From Clostridia bacterium (GTDB taxonomy: Bacteria > Bacillota > Clostridia > Christensenellales > Aristaeellaceae), in contig JAFUGS010000020.1 in the NCBI GenBank assembly GCA_017469265.1, positions 87,808 to 151,807 on the forward strand: a stretch of DNA of 64,000 nt, read 5' to 3'. A program made the position numbers and the translations under genes. Under the pieces are notes generated by a model that saw only the letters and a list, made by a program, of their open reading frames with translations, did not search any database and was not told where the DNA came from. Positions 17,446 through 28,007 of the stretch are shown one piece after another. How positions within the stretch are numbered: the first letter of the stretch is position 1; every line of letters begins with the position of its first letter.

Positions 17446-19176
17446 ATGAAGCGTCTGGCTGGTTTTCTCAGGCCTTACCGGAAGGAATGCGTGCTCGGTC
17501 CGCTGTTCAAGCTACTGGAAGCGCTGTTCGAGCTCATCGTTCCCCTGATCATCGCGAAGATGGTGGATGAGGCGATCCCAGTGGGGCAAAGCGGCGGCGT
17601 CTGGCGCTGCGCGGGCATTCTGGCCCTGCTGGCGACCATCGGGCTGGCGGCCTCAGTCACAGCCCAGTTCTTCGCCGCCCGAGCCGCCATCGGCTTTTCC
17701 ACTGCCCTGCGTCACGCTGTTTTCAGCCATATTCATACCCTGTCCTGGAAGGATCTGGATGCCCTGGGCTCCGCGACCCTGGTGACCCGGCTTACCGGGG
17801 ATATCAGTCAGATCCAGTCCGGCGTCAACCTGGGCCTGCGGCTGCTGCTTCGATCCCCCTTTGTGGTCTTTGGCGCGATGATCATGGCCTTCCTGATTGA
17901 CGCGCGCCTGGCGCTGATTTTCGTCGGAGTGATTCTTGTGCTCTTCCTGATCGTCTTCGGCCTGATCTTCGCCACCATGCCCATGCAGCGCCGGGTCCGG
18001 TCGGATCTGGACAGCATCACCTCCGTCACGCGGGAAAACCTTTCCGGGGTCCGGGTCATCCGGGCTTTCCGGCGGGAAGCCTCCGAGTCCGACCGCTTCG
18101 ACCGGCTGAATGATCTGCTGACCCGCTCCCAGCTGAAGGTGGGCCGCCTTACGGCTGCCCTGAATCCCCTCACCTGGATCGTTCTGAACCTGGCGGTGCT
18201 CCTGCTGCTGCGCTCCGCCGGCGTCCGGGTGGATACGGGTACCCTCTCCCAGGGGCAGGTTATCGCCCTTTACAACTATCTTTCCCAGATTCTGGTCGAG
18301 CTTGTCAAGCTGGCCGATCTGATCGTAACCCTGACCAAATCCGCTGCCTGCGCCAGGCGGGTGAGCGATGTCCTGGCCGTATCCCCCACCCAGCGGGACG
18401 GACAGAAGGTTCTGACCGAAGCGGATTTATCCTCCCTCCGCTTTGAGGATGTCAGTATTCGCTATCACAGTCAGGGGGATGAAGCGCTGGAGCATCTGTC
18501 CTTTACCGCCCTGCCGGGCCAGACCATTGGGATCATCGGTGGAACAGGCTCCGGCAAATCCACCCTGGTACAGCTGATTCCCCGTTTCTACGACCGCACC
18601 GGGGGCAGCATTCTTTTGGGATCCACCCCCGTGGAGGCTTTCACCCTCTCTTCCCTGCGAAGCGTCATCGGGTTTGTACCCCAGCGGGCCACGCTGTTTG
18701 AAGGGACGATCCGCTCCAATCTGCTTTGGGGCAATCCTTCCGCCACGGACGCGGATCTCTGGCAGGCGCTGGAAACAGCCCAGGCCGCGGAGATCGTCCG
18801 CTGCCTGCCGGAGGAACTGGATGCCCCGGTGCAGCAGGGGGGCAAGAATTTTTCCGGCGGCCAGCGTCAGCGGCTGACCATTGCCCGGGCGCTGGTGCGC
18901 AGGCCCGCGATTCTGGTTCTGGATGACAGCGCCTCCGCGCTGGATTACGCCACGGACGCGGCGCTGCGGCGAGCTCTCCGCGCCATGGATCCGGCTCCCA
19001 TGACCTTTATTGTCAGCCAGCGCACCTCCTCTGTCCGCTTCGCGGATCAGATCCTCGTGCTGGAGGACGGCGTCTGTGTCGGCCAGGGTACCCATGAGGA
19101 GCTGCTGGCCTCCTGTCCCGTCTATCAGGAAATCCATGCCACCGCTTCCGGAGAGGAGGTGCGGAACCATGCGTGA
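17446..19176 (+). CDS. Heterodimeric ABC exporter subunit (TMD+NBD, degenerate site)
   Basis: N-terminal transmembrane domain, GGTGSGKS, FSGGQRQ, degenerate Walker B LDDSASALD, Q in place of the H-switch (VSQR). Confidence 0.93.
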   Translation: MKRLAGFLRPYRKECVLGPLFKLLEALFELIVPLIIAKMVDEAIPVGQSGGVWRCAGILALLATIGLAASVTAQFFAARAAIGFSTALRHAVFSHIHTLSWKDLDALGSATLVTRLTGDISQIQSGVNLGLRLLLRSPFVVFGAMIMAFLIDARLALIFVGVILVLFLIVFGLIFATMPMQRRVRSDLDSITSVTRENLSGVRVIRAFRREASESDRFDRLNDLLTRSQLKVGRLTAALNPLTWIVLNLAVLLLLRSAGVRVDTGTLSQGQVIALYNYLSQILVELVKLADLIVTLTKSAACARRVSDVLAVSPTQRDGQKVLTEADLSSLRFEDVSIRYHSQGDEALEHLSFTALPGQTIGIIGGTGSGKSTLVQLIPRFYDRTGGSILLGSTPVEAFTLSSLRSVIGFVPQRATLFEGTIRSNLLWGNPSATDADLWQALETAQAAEIVRCLPEELDAPVQQGGKNFSGGQRQRLTIARALVRRPAILVLDDSASALDYATDAALRRALRAMDPAPMTFIVSQRTSSVRFADQILVLEDGVCVGQGTHEELLASCPVYQEIHATASGEEVRNHA

Positions 19177-20923
19177 CCAGAAGCGCGCTTCTCAGAAGAA
19201 AACCATTCTCCGAATTCTCCGCTATATCCGTCCCCATGGCGGCTGGATGCTGCTCAGCCTGCTGCTGAGCCTCCTGTTCGTCGCCCTGAGCCTGTACCTG
19301 CCGATTCTCCTTGGCCAGGCCATTGACTGCCTCATCGCCGCGGGTCAGGTCCGCTTCGATGCTCTTTTCTCCCTGCTGGTCAAAGGCATGGTGTGCGTTG
19401 GTCTGGCGGGGCTTTTCCAGTGGCTGACCGGCATCATCAACAACCGGATTACCTGCCAGTCCGTCCGTTCCCTGCGCCGGGACGCCTTCGCGCATCTGCA
19501 CCGTCTGCCCCTGAAGTATCTGGACGCCCATGCTTCCGGGGACATTCTTTCCCGGATGATCGCGGATGTGGATACCTTCTCGGACGGGCTGCTGCTGGGT
19601 TTTTCACAGCTTTTCACCGGTGTCATGACCATTCTGGGAACCCTGGTTTTCATGCTTCGGCTTTCCCCGTTGATCACCCTGGTCGTGGTGCTGCTGACCC
19701 CCCTGTCCCTCTTCGTCGCCCGGTTCATCGCCCGGCGCACCTATGACATGTTCCACCTCCAGTCCGAAACCCGGGGGGAACAGACCGCCCTCATCAACGA
19801 GGCCGTGGGAGAACTGAAGCTGATCCGGGCCTTCGGTCACGAAGCGGAAACCGTCTCCCAGTTTGATGAGATCAATACCCGCCTTCAGTCCTGCTCCCTG
19901 CAGGCCACCTTCTTCTCCTCCCTGGTGAATCCCACCACCCGCTTTGTAAACAGCCTGGTCTACGCCGCGGTGGCCCTGGCGGGCGGCTTCGCCGTGATCT
20001 CCGGCGCCCTGACCGTCGGTACGCTGACCAGTTTTCTGTCCTACGCAAATCAGTACACCAAGCCCTTTAACGAAATCTCCGGCGTCCTGACCGAGCTGCA
20101 GAACGCCCTGGCCTGCGCGGACCGCATCTTTGACCTGATGGACGCGCCGCCCATGACGCCCGATCCGGAGGATCATCCCTTTGCCGCCCCGGTGCGGGGA
20201 GATTTCCGGCTGCGGGATGTCTGCTTCGCCTACGACCCGGCCCGGCCGCTGATTGAGCATCTGTCTCTCTCCGCCCGTCCAGGCCAGCGGATCGCCATCG
20301 TCGGCCCCACCGGCTGCGGCAAAACCACGCTGATCAATCTGCTGATGCGCTTTTATGACGTGGACAGCGGTGCCATTTCCCTCGACGGGGTGGAAACCCG
20401 TTCCATCTCCCGCGGCGCGCTGCGCGAACAGATCGGCATGGTGCTGCAGGATACCTGGATTCCCGCCGGCACCATCCGGGAGATCATTGCCTTCTCCCGT
20501 CCGGACGCCTCCGAGGAGGAGATTGTAGCCGCGGCAAAAGCGGCTCATGCCCACTCCTTTATCCGCCGCCTGCCCCAGGGGTATGACACCCTGATCGGCG
20601 AGGCGGGCGGCTCCCTGTCCCAGGGTCAGCAGCAGCTGCTGTGCATCGCCCGGGTCATGCTGGCGCTGCCGCCTGTGCTGATTCTGGATGAAGCAACCTC
20701 CTCCATTGACCTGCGTACCGAGCAGCGGGTGCAGCGGGCTTTCTCCGCCATGATGCAGGGGCGGACCTGCTTCATCGTCGCGCATCGCCTGTCCACCATT
20801 CAGTCCGCCGACCTGATTCTCGTCATGGAAGCCGGACATGTGGTGGAACAGGGTACGCACGCCTCGCTTCTGTCGCAGAACGGCCCCTATGCCCGTCTCT
20901 ATCATGCGCAGTTTGAATCCTGA
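19169..20923 (+). CDS. Heterodimeric ABC exporter subunit (TMD+NBD, consensus site)
   Basis: Start MRDQKRAS overlaps the previous stop. GPTGCGKT, LSQGQQQ, ILDEATSSID, AHR. Confidence 0.93.
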   Translation: MRDQKRASQKKTILRILRYIRPHGGWMLLSLLLSLLFVALSLYLPILLGQAIDCLIAAGQVRFDALFSLLVKGMVCVGLAGLFQWLTGIINNRITCQSVRSLRRDAFAHLHRLPLKYLDAHASGDILSRMIADVDTFSDGLLLGFSQLFTGVMTILGTLVFMLRLSPLITLVVVLLTPLSLFVARFIARRTYDMFHLQSETRGEQTALINEAVGELKLIRAFGHEAETVSQFDEINTRLQSCSLQATFFSSLVNPTTRFVNSLVYAAVALAGGFAVISGALTVGTLTSFLSYANQYTKPFNEISGVLTELQNALACADRIFDLMDAPPMTPDPEDHPFAAPVRGDFRLRDVCFAYDPARPLIEHLSLSARPGQRIAIVGPTGCGKTTLINLLMRFYDVDSGAISLDGVETRSISRGALREQIGMVLQDTWIPAGTIREIIAFSRPDASEEEIVAAAKAAHAHSFIRRLPQGYDTLIGEAGGSLSQGQQQLLCIARVMLALPPVLILDEATSSIDLRTEQRVQRAFSAMMQGRTCFIVAHRLSTIQSADLILVMEAGHVVEQGTHASLLSQNGPYARLYHAQFES

Positions 20924-20964
20924 CAATGATCCCCACTTCGACCGATGAAAGGAAGCATGAACCC

Positions 20965-22797
20965 ATGAATCTGAACTGGCTGCGTCATTTTCCCGACCTG
21001 CCCGCAACGCTGCCGCCGGAGACCCGTCCCTCGGATCTGGCCCGTCTCGAGCTTTCTCTGGCCTTCCCCGGCAGGGATTTTTCCATTACCCTGTCTCCCT
21101 CCCTGGGGGATTCCTTCATTCTGGATACCATCGGTGCCACCACCATCCTGACCGGCGGGGAAACCGGGCTGCTTTATGGCGCCTATGCCCTGATCCGGAG
21201 TCATCTTTCCGGCAGTCCGCTGCCCGCGCATCTGGAGTCCGCGCCTCAGTACCCCCTGCGCGTAATCAACTGCTGGGACAATATGGACGGTTCGGTGGAG
21301 CGGGGCTACGCCGGCCGCAGCCTGTTCTTTGAAGGCGGGCAGTTTGCCTACGATCCCGGCCGTATGCGCCACCTGGCCCGCCTGATGGCCTCCGTGGGGC
21401 TGAATGTGCTCTGCGTCAACAATGTCAATGTGCATGAACCCGCCCAGGGTCTGGTCGCGGAGCTGCTGCCGGAGCTTTCCGCCCTGGCGGATCTGTTCCG
21501 CCCCTTCGGCGTGCGTCTGATGGTCAGTGTGGACTTTTCCATGCCCCTGCGGGACGGGCTCGATACGGCGGATCCCCTTTCAGAGGCAGTGCAGGCCTGG
21601 TGGCAGCGGACCTGCGCCCGGGTGTACGCGGAAATTCCGGATCTGGCCGGCTTTCTGGTCAAGGCGGACAGCGAAGGCCGGCCCGGCCCCTTCGCCTATG
21701 GCCGTTCCCACGCCGATGGCGCCAATCTGCTGGCCCGGGCACTGAAGCCTTACGACGGCGCGCTGATCTGGCGCTGCTTCGTCTACAACTGCCGTCAGGA
21801 CTGGCGGGATCCCTCCACGGACCGGCCCAAGGCTGCCTATGAAACCTACCAGCCCCTGGACGGCGCTTTTGATGACAACGTGATTCTGCAGGTGAAAAAC
21901 GGTCCCTACGACTTCCAGGTTCGTGAGCCTCTCTCCCCCCTGCTGCTCTCCCTCCGTCACACCCATCTTGCGCTGGAGCTGCAGCTGGCCCAGGAGTATA
22001 CCGGCCAGCAGATTGATCTTTACGCCATGGCGCCCATGTGGCGGGAAATATTCCAGGATCTGCCCGCCGACCGCCTGCAGGCCATCGCCGCGGTTTCCAA
22101 CCTGGGGCGGGACGAGAATTATTTCGGCCACCCGCTGGCTGCCGTCAACCTGTACGCCTTCGGCCTGCTGGCCTGGTCCCCGCGGATCGATCCGGCGGAG
22201 GTGTTCGACAACTGGGCGTGCCTCACCTATGACTTCTCCGCGGCAGACCGGCGGACACTGGTCCAGCTGCTGCTCTGCTCCCGGTCCGTTTATGAAAAGT
22301 ATACCGCTCCGCTGGGGCTGTGCTGGATGGTCAATCCCGGCCTGCACTATGGCCCGAATCCTTCCGGATACGAGTACGATCTGTGGGGCACCTACCACCG
22401 GGCCAACCGCGACGCCGTCGGCATTGACCGCACCGCCGAGGGTACCGGGTATCTCCTGCAGTATCCGGCGGAGCTCCAGGCCCGCTACGCTGATCCGGAT
22501 ACCTGTCCGGACACGCTGAAGCTTTTCTTCCACCGCCTGCCCTATGATTACCGTATGCCGGACGGCCGCACCCTGATTCAGCGAATCTATGACGATCACT
22601 TTGCCGGCGCGGAGGAGGCGGCGGCCATGGCGACGGTCCTGAAGGCCCTTCCCTTCCCGGAGCCGGATGCCGCCGTCATCGCCGACCGGGCCGGCCGCCA
22701 GGTTCAGAACGCTGAAAACTGGCGGGATGTGATCAACACCTTCTTCCACCGGCTCTCCGGCATCCCGGACGCCCAGGGCCGCAGAATCTATGACTAA
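20965..22797 (+). CDS. aguA: Alpha-glucuronidase, GH67
   Basis: WDNMDGSVERGYAG, GFLVKADSEG, WRCFVYN, KNGPYDFQVREP, ELQLAQEYTGQQ, FFHRLPY. Confidence 0.93.
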   Translation: MNLNWLRHFPDLPATLPPETRPSDLARLELSLAFPGRDFSITLSPSLGDSFILDTIGATTILTGGETGLLYGAYALIRSHLSGSPLPAHLESAPQYPLRVINCWDNMDGSVERGYAGRSLFFEGGQFAYDPGRMRHLARLMASVGLNVLCVNNVNVHEPAQGLVAELLPELSALADLFRPFGVRLMVSVDFSMPLRDGLDTADPLSEAVQAWWQRTCARVYAEIPDLAGFLVKADSEGRPGPFAYGRSHADGANLLARALKPYDGALIWRCFVYNCRQDWRDPSTDRPKAAYETYQPLDGAFDDNVILQVKNGPYDFQVREPLSPLLLSLRHTHLALELQLAQEYTGQQIDLYAMAPMWREIFQDLPADRLQAIAAVSNLGRDENYFGHPLAAVNLYAFGLLAWSPRIDPAEVFDNWACLTYDFSAADRRTLVQLLLCSRSVYEKYTAPLGLCWMVNPGLHYGPNPSGYEYDLWGTYHRANRDAVGIDRTAEGTGYLLQYPAELQARYADPDTCPDTLKLFFHRLPYDYRMPDGRTLIQRIYDDHFAGAEEAAAMATVLKALPFPEPDAAVIADRAGRQVQNAENWRDVINTFFHRLSGIPDAQGRRIYD

Positions 22798-22815
22798 AGA
22801 AAGGAATGCCCAAAC

Positions 22816-25719
22816 ATGACCTGTCAGGAGAATGATCGAATTCTTGGTTTCCGCGTTACCCGCGTCCGCCCCTCCGCCGAGCTGCACGGCCGCCTGGTGG
22901 AATTCCGCCATGAAAAGACAGGCGCCAGCCTCTGCTGGCTGGATAACGGCGCGGAGAACAAGGTCTTTTCCATCGCCTTCCGCACCCTTCCCACGGACAA
23001 CACCGGTGTTTTTCATATCCTGGAGCATTCCGTGCTCTGCGGGTCGGAAAAGTACCCGGTCAAGGAACCCTTTGTCGAGCTGCTGAAGGGTTCAATGAAC
23101 ACGTTTCTCAACGCCATGACCTTTCCGGACATGACCATGTATCCCGTGGCCAGCCGGAATGATCAGGATCTGATGAACCTTACCGAAGTCTATCTGGACG
23201 CAGTCTTCCGTCCCCGCATCCTGCAGGATGAGCGGCTTTTCCGCCAGGAGGGCTGGCACATCGAGCAGGATGAAGCCGGGCAGTATCTGTACAAGGGTGT
23301 CGTTTTCAATGAAATGAAAGGCGCCATGAGTGATGTGCAGCAGGTCGGGGAAACGGAAATGGCCCGTCAGCTCTTCCCGGATACGGGATATGGCTTCAAC
23401 TCCGGAGGCGACCCGGAGGATATCCCCTCCCTGACCTACGCGCAGTACCTGGAAACCTATCGCCGCCATTATCATCCTTCCAATGCCTGGATTTACCTGG
23501 ACGGGGCTGTACCCATGGACCGGATGCTGCCTCTTCTGGCCGAATATCTGGACAACTACGAGGCGGAAACAGACCTGCCGGTTTTCACCCTGCAGAAGCC
23601 GGTCTCCTCCGACCGCACCGTCTATTACGAGCTGGGGCAGGATGAGGACGCGAAGAACAAGGGACACCTGTATCTGTCCCGTCTCTTCGGCACCTGGGAA
23701 ACCAGGGAGCGGAACATGGCCGTCAGCATCCTGGCCGATGTGCTCACCGGCAGCAATGAAGCGCCCCTCAAGCGCGACATTCTCGAAAAGGGACTGGCCC
23801 AGGATTTCAGTCTCAGCATCGACGATTCCGCGCTGCAGAGCGTGGTCACCCTCCACGCGGAAAACCTGCGGGACGGACAGGAGCAGGCTCTGATGGAAAC
23901 GCTGGACGCCTTCGCGGCGAAGCTGGAGCGGGAGGGGCTGGATCCGGCGGCCGTGGAAGCCTCCCTGAACCGGTTCGCCTTCACGCTCAAGGAAGAGGAC
24001 GAACCTCAGGGCATTGACCGGGCCGTCCGGATCATGGGTTCCTGGCTGTATGATGGCGATCCCCTCCTCTCCCTGGAAAATGACGCCGCGCTGGCGGCGC
24101 TGCGGCAGATGCACGCTTCCGGCGAGCTGAACGCCCTGGCGCTCTCCCTGCTGCGGGATCGGACGGGGCTTTGCACGCTTCGGCTGCTGCCCTCCCAGAC
24201 CCTCGGCGAGGAAAAGCGCCGCCAGGAGGAAGCGCGTCTCGCCGCCACGGTTGCCGCCTGGTCTCCGGCGGATCGGGCTGCCAACGAAGCGCTGATCGCT
24301 TCCCTGCGGGCCTGGCAGGAAGCGCCGGATTCTCCCGAAGCCCTGGCCACCCTGCCCATGCTGACCCTGGCGGACGCGGATCTGCCCCCGGTCTGGCCGG
24401 AGACACAGATCCTTTCCGTGGAGGACGTTCCCGTCCTGCTGCATCCCATCTCCTGCGGCGGTATCGTGCATCTGCGCGCCTTCTTCTCCCTGACCGACTT
24501 TACCGTACCGGAGCTGCAGGATGTCAGCCTGCTCTGCGCGCTGTTGGGCAAACTCCCCACCGCGCGCTATGACGCCCTTACCCTCCAGCAGGAAATCAAA
24601 CGGATCACCGGCCGCCTGGGTTTCTCTGTCACCACCCGCACGGATCCCGGCGATGCTTCCCGCTGTATACCCACCCTTGTGGCCTTCACCAGCGTGCTGA
24701 AGGAGAATGTGCCGCAGGCCCTTTCCCTCCTGGTGGAAATCCTGAAGCATACGGACTTCTCCTCCACGGAGAAAATTCAGGAAATTGTCCTCCAGCTGGA
24801 GCTCATGTCCCGTCAGCGCATCGTCAACGCGGGGCATGTCATCGGTATTCGCAGCGTGCTCAGCCATTACTCCGCAGATCAGGCTCTGCGGAACGCGCTG
24901 GAAGGGGATCAGGGCGTGCGGTACCTGCATGCCTTTGCCCTGTCCCCGGCGGAAAAGCTGCCGGGGCTCCTGGCCACCGCGGAAAAACTCCGCTCGCTTG
25001 CCACTGTTCGCCGCCGCCTGACCCTGAGTGTGACCATGGATGCGCCTTCCTCTGAAGCCGCGGGTTCCGGTCTGGACTGGGAGCCCTTCCTCTCCGCCCT
25101 GCCGGAAGGAAAGGAATGCCCGTTCTCCGCCCGTTTCGCCGCGGATTCCGCCCTGCGCCAGGGATACCGCATTCCCGCGCAGGTAGGCTTTGCCGTCCGC
25201 GGCTGGCGGCTCAGCGAGATGGATGAATCCTTCCGCGGCCCGCTGTTCCTCGCGGCCAACATCCTGACCTATTCCTATCTCTGGGTTCGCATCCGGGTCC
25301 AGGGCGGCGCCTACGGCTGCGGCTTCCAGGCGGACCGCTACGGCAATCTGTACTCCTATTCCTACCGGGATCCCACTCCCGCCAGAACCCTCCAGGCGGA
25401 TCAGGACGCTTCCGCCTTTCTTCGGGAATTTCTCTCCGGCGGTGAGTCCCTGGATAAGTTCATCATCTCCACCCTCAACGACCTGAATCCCCTCCTCAGC
25501 CCCCGGGAGAAGGGCGCCCTGGCGGATGGCCGTTATTTCAGCGGATACACCCGTGAGGAAGCGGAAGCCATCCGGAAATCCATCCTGCATGCCACGCCGG
25601 AGGATCTTCTGGCCCTTCTGCCCGTGCTGGACGCTTTCGCTGAGCACGGCGCGGTCTGCGTCGTCGCTCCCGGTGACAGTCTGGACGCCTGTCCGGATCT
25701 GCCCCAGGCCGACCTGTAA
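22816..25719 (+). CDS. M16C (PreP/insulinase-like) Zn metallopeptidase
   Basis: HILEHSVLCGS (HxxEH), FLNAMTFPD, GVVFNEMKG, RVQGGAYG. 967 aa. Confidence 0.93.
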   Translation: MTCQENDRILGFRVTRVRPSAELHGRLVEFRHEKTGASLCWLDNGAENKVFSIAFRTLPTDNTGVFHILEHSVLCGSEKYPVKEPFVELLKGSMNTFLNAMTFPDMTMYPVASRNDQDLMNLTEVYLDAVFRPRILQDERLFRQEGWHIEQDEAGQYLYKGVVFNEMKGAMSDVQQVGETEMARQLFPDTGYGFNSGGDPEDIPSLTYAQYLETYRRHYHPSNAWIYLDGAVPMDRMLPLLAEYLDNYEAETDLPVFTLQKPVSSDRTVYYELGQDEDAKNKGHLYLSRLFGTWETRERNMAVSILADVLTGSNEAPLKRDILEKGLAQDFSLSIDDSALQSVVTLHAENLRDGQEQALMETLDAFAAKLEREGLDPAAVEASLNRFAFTLKEEDEPQGIDRAVRIMGSWLYDGDPLLSLENDAALAALRQMHASGELNALALSLLRDRTGLCTLRLLPSQTLGEEKRRQEEARLAATVAAWSPADRAANEALIASLRAWQEAPDSPEALATLPMLTLADADLPPVWPETQILSVEDVPVLLHPISCGGIVHLRAFFSLTDFTVPELQDVSLLCALLGKLPTARYDALTLQQEIKRITGRLGFSVTTRTDPGDASRCIPTLVAFTSVLKENVPQALSLLVEILKHTDFSSTEKIQEIVLQLELMSRQRIVNAGHVIGIRSVLSHYSADQALRNALEGDQGVRYLHAFALSPAEKLPGLLATAEKLRSLATVRRRLTLSVTMDAPSSEAAGSGLDWEPFLSALPEGKECPFSARFAADSALRQGYRIPAQVGFAVRGWRLSEMDESFRGPLFLAANILTYSYLWVRIRVQGGAYGCGFQADRYGNLYSYSYRDPTPARTLQADQDASAFLREFLSGGESLDKFIISTLNDLNPLLSPREKGALADGRYFSGYTREEAEAIRKSILHATPEDLLALLPVLDAFAEHGAVCVVAPGDSLDACPDLPQADL

Positions 25720-25737
25720 GGTTCTTTTCTTTGCGCA

Positions 25738-25776
25738 AAACCCCTTCCCGTTTTTTCGCGGGAAGGGGTTTCTTTT
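25738..25776. terminator. Bidirectional terminator between convergent M16C and glmS
   Basis: AAACCCCTTCCCG-loop-CGGGAAGGGGTTT followed by CTTTT. Confidence 0.85.
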
Positions 25777-25790
25777 CGGATCCGGTTTTC

Positions 25791-27659
25791 TTATTCCACG
25801 GTTACACTCTTGGCCAGATTTCTGGGTTTATCCACGTCCAGGCCCCGGTTGACGCTGGTGTAATATCCAAGCAGCTGCAGCGGTACAACCGCCAGGGAAG
25901 CGATGAAATGTTCATCCGTTTTAGGGACGTATACGGTGAAATTCACCGAATCCTCCACGGAGAAATTCCCGTTTGTGGTCAGTCCCATCAGGTAAGCGCC
26001 CCGGCTTTTGCACTCCAGCATGTTGCTCAGCGTCTTCTCGAACAGCTTTCCCTGGGTCAGCACGCCGATGACCAGCGTATTCTGCTCGATCAGGCTGATG
26101 GTGCCGTGCTTCAGCTCGCCCGCCGCGTACGCCTCTGAATGAATATAGCTGATCTCCTTCATCTTCAGGCTGCCTTCCAGGCTGATGGCGTAATCCAGCC
26201 CCCGGCCGATAAAGAAGATGTCATGCGTGTTGGCTATTTTGGACGAGAACCACTGCAGCCGCTCCTTTTCCTCCAGGATCCGGCCGATCTGATCCGGAAT
26301 GGCGGAAAGCGCTTCCAGATACCCCGCGGACTGTTCCTCCGTGATGGCGCCGCGCACGGCCGCCAGCTGCACCGCCAGAATATCCATGGCCATCAGCTGG
26401 GCGCTGTAGGCCTTGGTGGTGGCCACCGCAATTTCCGGCCCGGCCAGGGTATAGAGCGTATGATCCGCCTCCCGGGCGATGGTGGAACCGATCACATTCA
26501 CCACCGCCAGCGTCACCGCGCCCCGTTCCTTTGCCACCCGCAGCGCCGCCAGGCTGTCCGCCGTTTCCCCGCTCTGGGAGATCACGATCACCAGGGTATC
26601 CGGCTCTGATGGGACGCTGCGGTACCGGTACTCGCTGGCCAGCTCCACCCGTACCGGCACCTTCGCCAGGTCCTCGATCACATACTGCGCCGCCATCCCC
26701 ACATGCCAGGCGGAACCGCAGGCCACAATGTCGATCCGGCTGACACGCTGAAGCATTTCATCCGTCAGGCCGGTTTCCGCCAGGGAGATCTTTCCCTCCC
26801 TGACCAGGCTGTTCAGGGTGTCCCGGACGGCCTTGGGCTGCTCATGGATCTCCTTGAGCATGAAGTGCTCATAGCCATCCTTCTCCGCCGCGGCCGTGTC
26901 CCAGGTAATCTCCGTCTGGGGCAGCTGCACCTCGTCTCCGTTCAGGTCATAGAACTTCACGTCCCCGGGACTGATTCTGCCCACCTGCAGGTTGTCAATA
27001 TAATAGACATTCCGCGTATATTTCAGAATCGCCGGCACATCCGAGGCCAGGTAGGAGGCTTCTCCGGAAACGCCGATCACCAGCGGGGAATCCTTCCGGG
27101 CCACAAAAATCTCGTCCGGGTAATCCTTGAACATCAGGGCCAGCGCGTAGCTGCCCCGAACCCGCACCATGGTCCGGGTGATGGCGTCCACCGGACCGAT
27201 CTTATACTTCTTGTAATAATAATCCACCAGCTTGACCACGACCTCCGTATCTGTTTCGCTGTAAAACAGATAACCGTGCCGGGTCAGCTTTTCCTTCAGC
27301 TCGGTGAAGTTTTCGATGATGCCGTTGTGTACGCCAACCACATCGCTGATGATCGGCCCCTGGCCGGAAACGGTATAATTCCCGCTCACATGGGGATGCG
27401 CGTTGAGCATGCTGGGATCCCCATGGGTGGCCCAGCGGGTATGGCCGATGCCGCAGGTTCCGGGCAGGGACCGGCCCTGATCCGTCTTGTCTGCAAGATG
27501 ATAGAGCTTGCCCAGGGCTTTGACCACTTCCGCCGGCGCGTTCCCGTTCCGCACGGCCAGCCCGGCGGAATCATATCCCCTGTATTCCAGCCTGGCCAGC
27601 CCGTCCAGCAGAATCGGCGCCGCCTGCACATGACCTGTATATCCGACAATTCCGCACAT
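25791..27659 (-). CDS. glmS: Glutamine-fructose-6-phosphate aminotransferase
   Basis: MCGIVGY, EYRGYDSAG, GHTRWATHG, SQSGETAD, AGPEIAVATTKAY, DKPRNLAKSVTVE. SD AAAGGAGG. Confidence 0.98.
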   Translation of the reverse strand: MCGIVGYTGHVQAAPILLDGLARLEYRGYDSAGLAVRNGNAPAEVVKALGKLYHLADKTDQGRSLPGTCGIGHTRWATHGDPSMLNAHPHVSGNYTVSGQGPIISDVVGVHNGIIENFTELKEKLTRHGYLFYSETDTEVVVKLVDYYYKKYKIGPVDAITRTMVRVRGSYALALMFKDYPDEIFVARKDSPLVIGVSGEASYLASDVPAILKYTRNVYYIDNLQVGRISPGDVKFYDLNGDEVQLPQTEITWDTAAAEKDGYEHFMLKEIHEQPKAVRDTLNSLVREGKISLAETGLTDEMLQRVSRIDIVACGSAWHVGMAAQYVIEDLAKVPVRVELASEYRYRSVPSEPDTLVIVISQSGETADSLAALRVAKERGAVTLAVVNVIGSTIAREADHTLYTLAGPEIAVATTKAYSAQLMAMDILAVQLAAVRGAITEEQSAGYLEALSAIPDQIGRILEEKERLQWFSSKIANTHDIFFIGRGLDYAISLEGSLKMKEISYIHSEAYAAGELKHGTISLIEQNTLVIGVLTQGKLFEKTLSNMLECKSRGAYLMGLTTNGNFSVEDSVNFTVYVPKTDEHFIASLAVVPLQLLGYYTSVNRGLDVDKPRNLAKSVTVE

Positions 27660-27726
27660 GCGTCTTTTCCTCCTTTCAAACACAGCTGCCATCGGGTCTT
27701 TTTGTCCGACTGCATGGTTCCTCCTG

Positions 27727-27756
27727 ATCTTATCATTATTTCGGTTGCGCTGTCAA
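27727..27756 (-). promoter_or_regulatory. Putative sigma-70 promoter for glmS
   Basis: Minus strand TTGACA-18 nt-TAAGAT with extended -10 TG. Confidence 0.6.
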
Positions 27757-27930
27757 TACGTTATAATACATTATATCTTTGCCTGATTGTATTCCTTTTG
27801 TTCTGTCTTTTTCGCATTTTCCGCCCATTGTCTGGCCCGGAGGCTGAAGACAGTCCTCCCCTGCATCCTCGCCAGCGCTTCCACACGCTCTTGAAAAACG
27901 TCAGCGGTCATCCCGGCCATTCATGCCGCA

Positions 27931-27959
27931 TTGCCAAGGCAAGCGGAAAATGATATACT
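27931..27959 (+). promoter_or_regulatory. Sigma-70 promoter for the GH31 gene
   Basis: TTGCCA-17 nt-TATACT with extended -10 TG. Confidence 0.75.
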
Positions 27960-28007
27960 CATGCAAATAAATGTTCGTACGCGAATCTGCATAAGGGAGG
28001 AAGAGCC

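Noticed and set aside
18900-19030. Degenerate Walker B (DD) and H-switch (Q) in the first ABC exporter subunit
   Set aside because: This is the normal asymmetric design of heterodimeric exporters (TM287/288, TmrAB, EfrAB type).
27386-27725. AGGAGG plus ATG (27715) opening an out-of-frame ORF that overlaps the glmS start
   Set aside because: SD-ATG spacing is only 4 nt and the predicted transcription start (about 27720) would fall inside this SD. The product has no features. It would deserve a second look only if a more upstream TSS is found.
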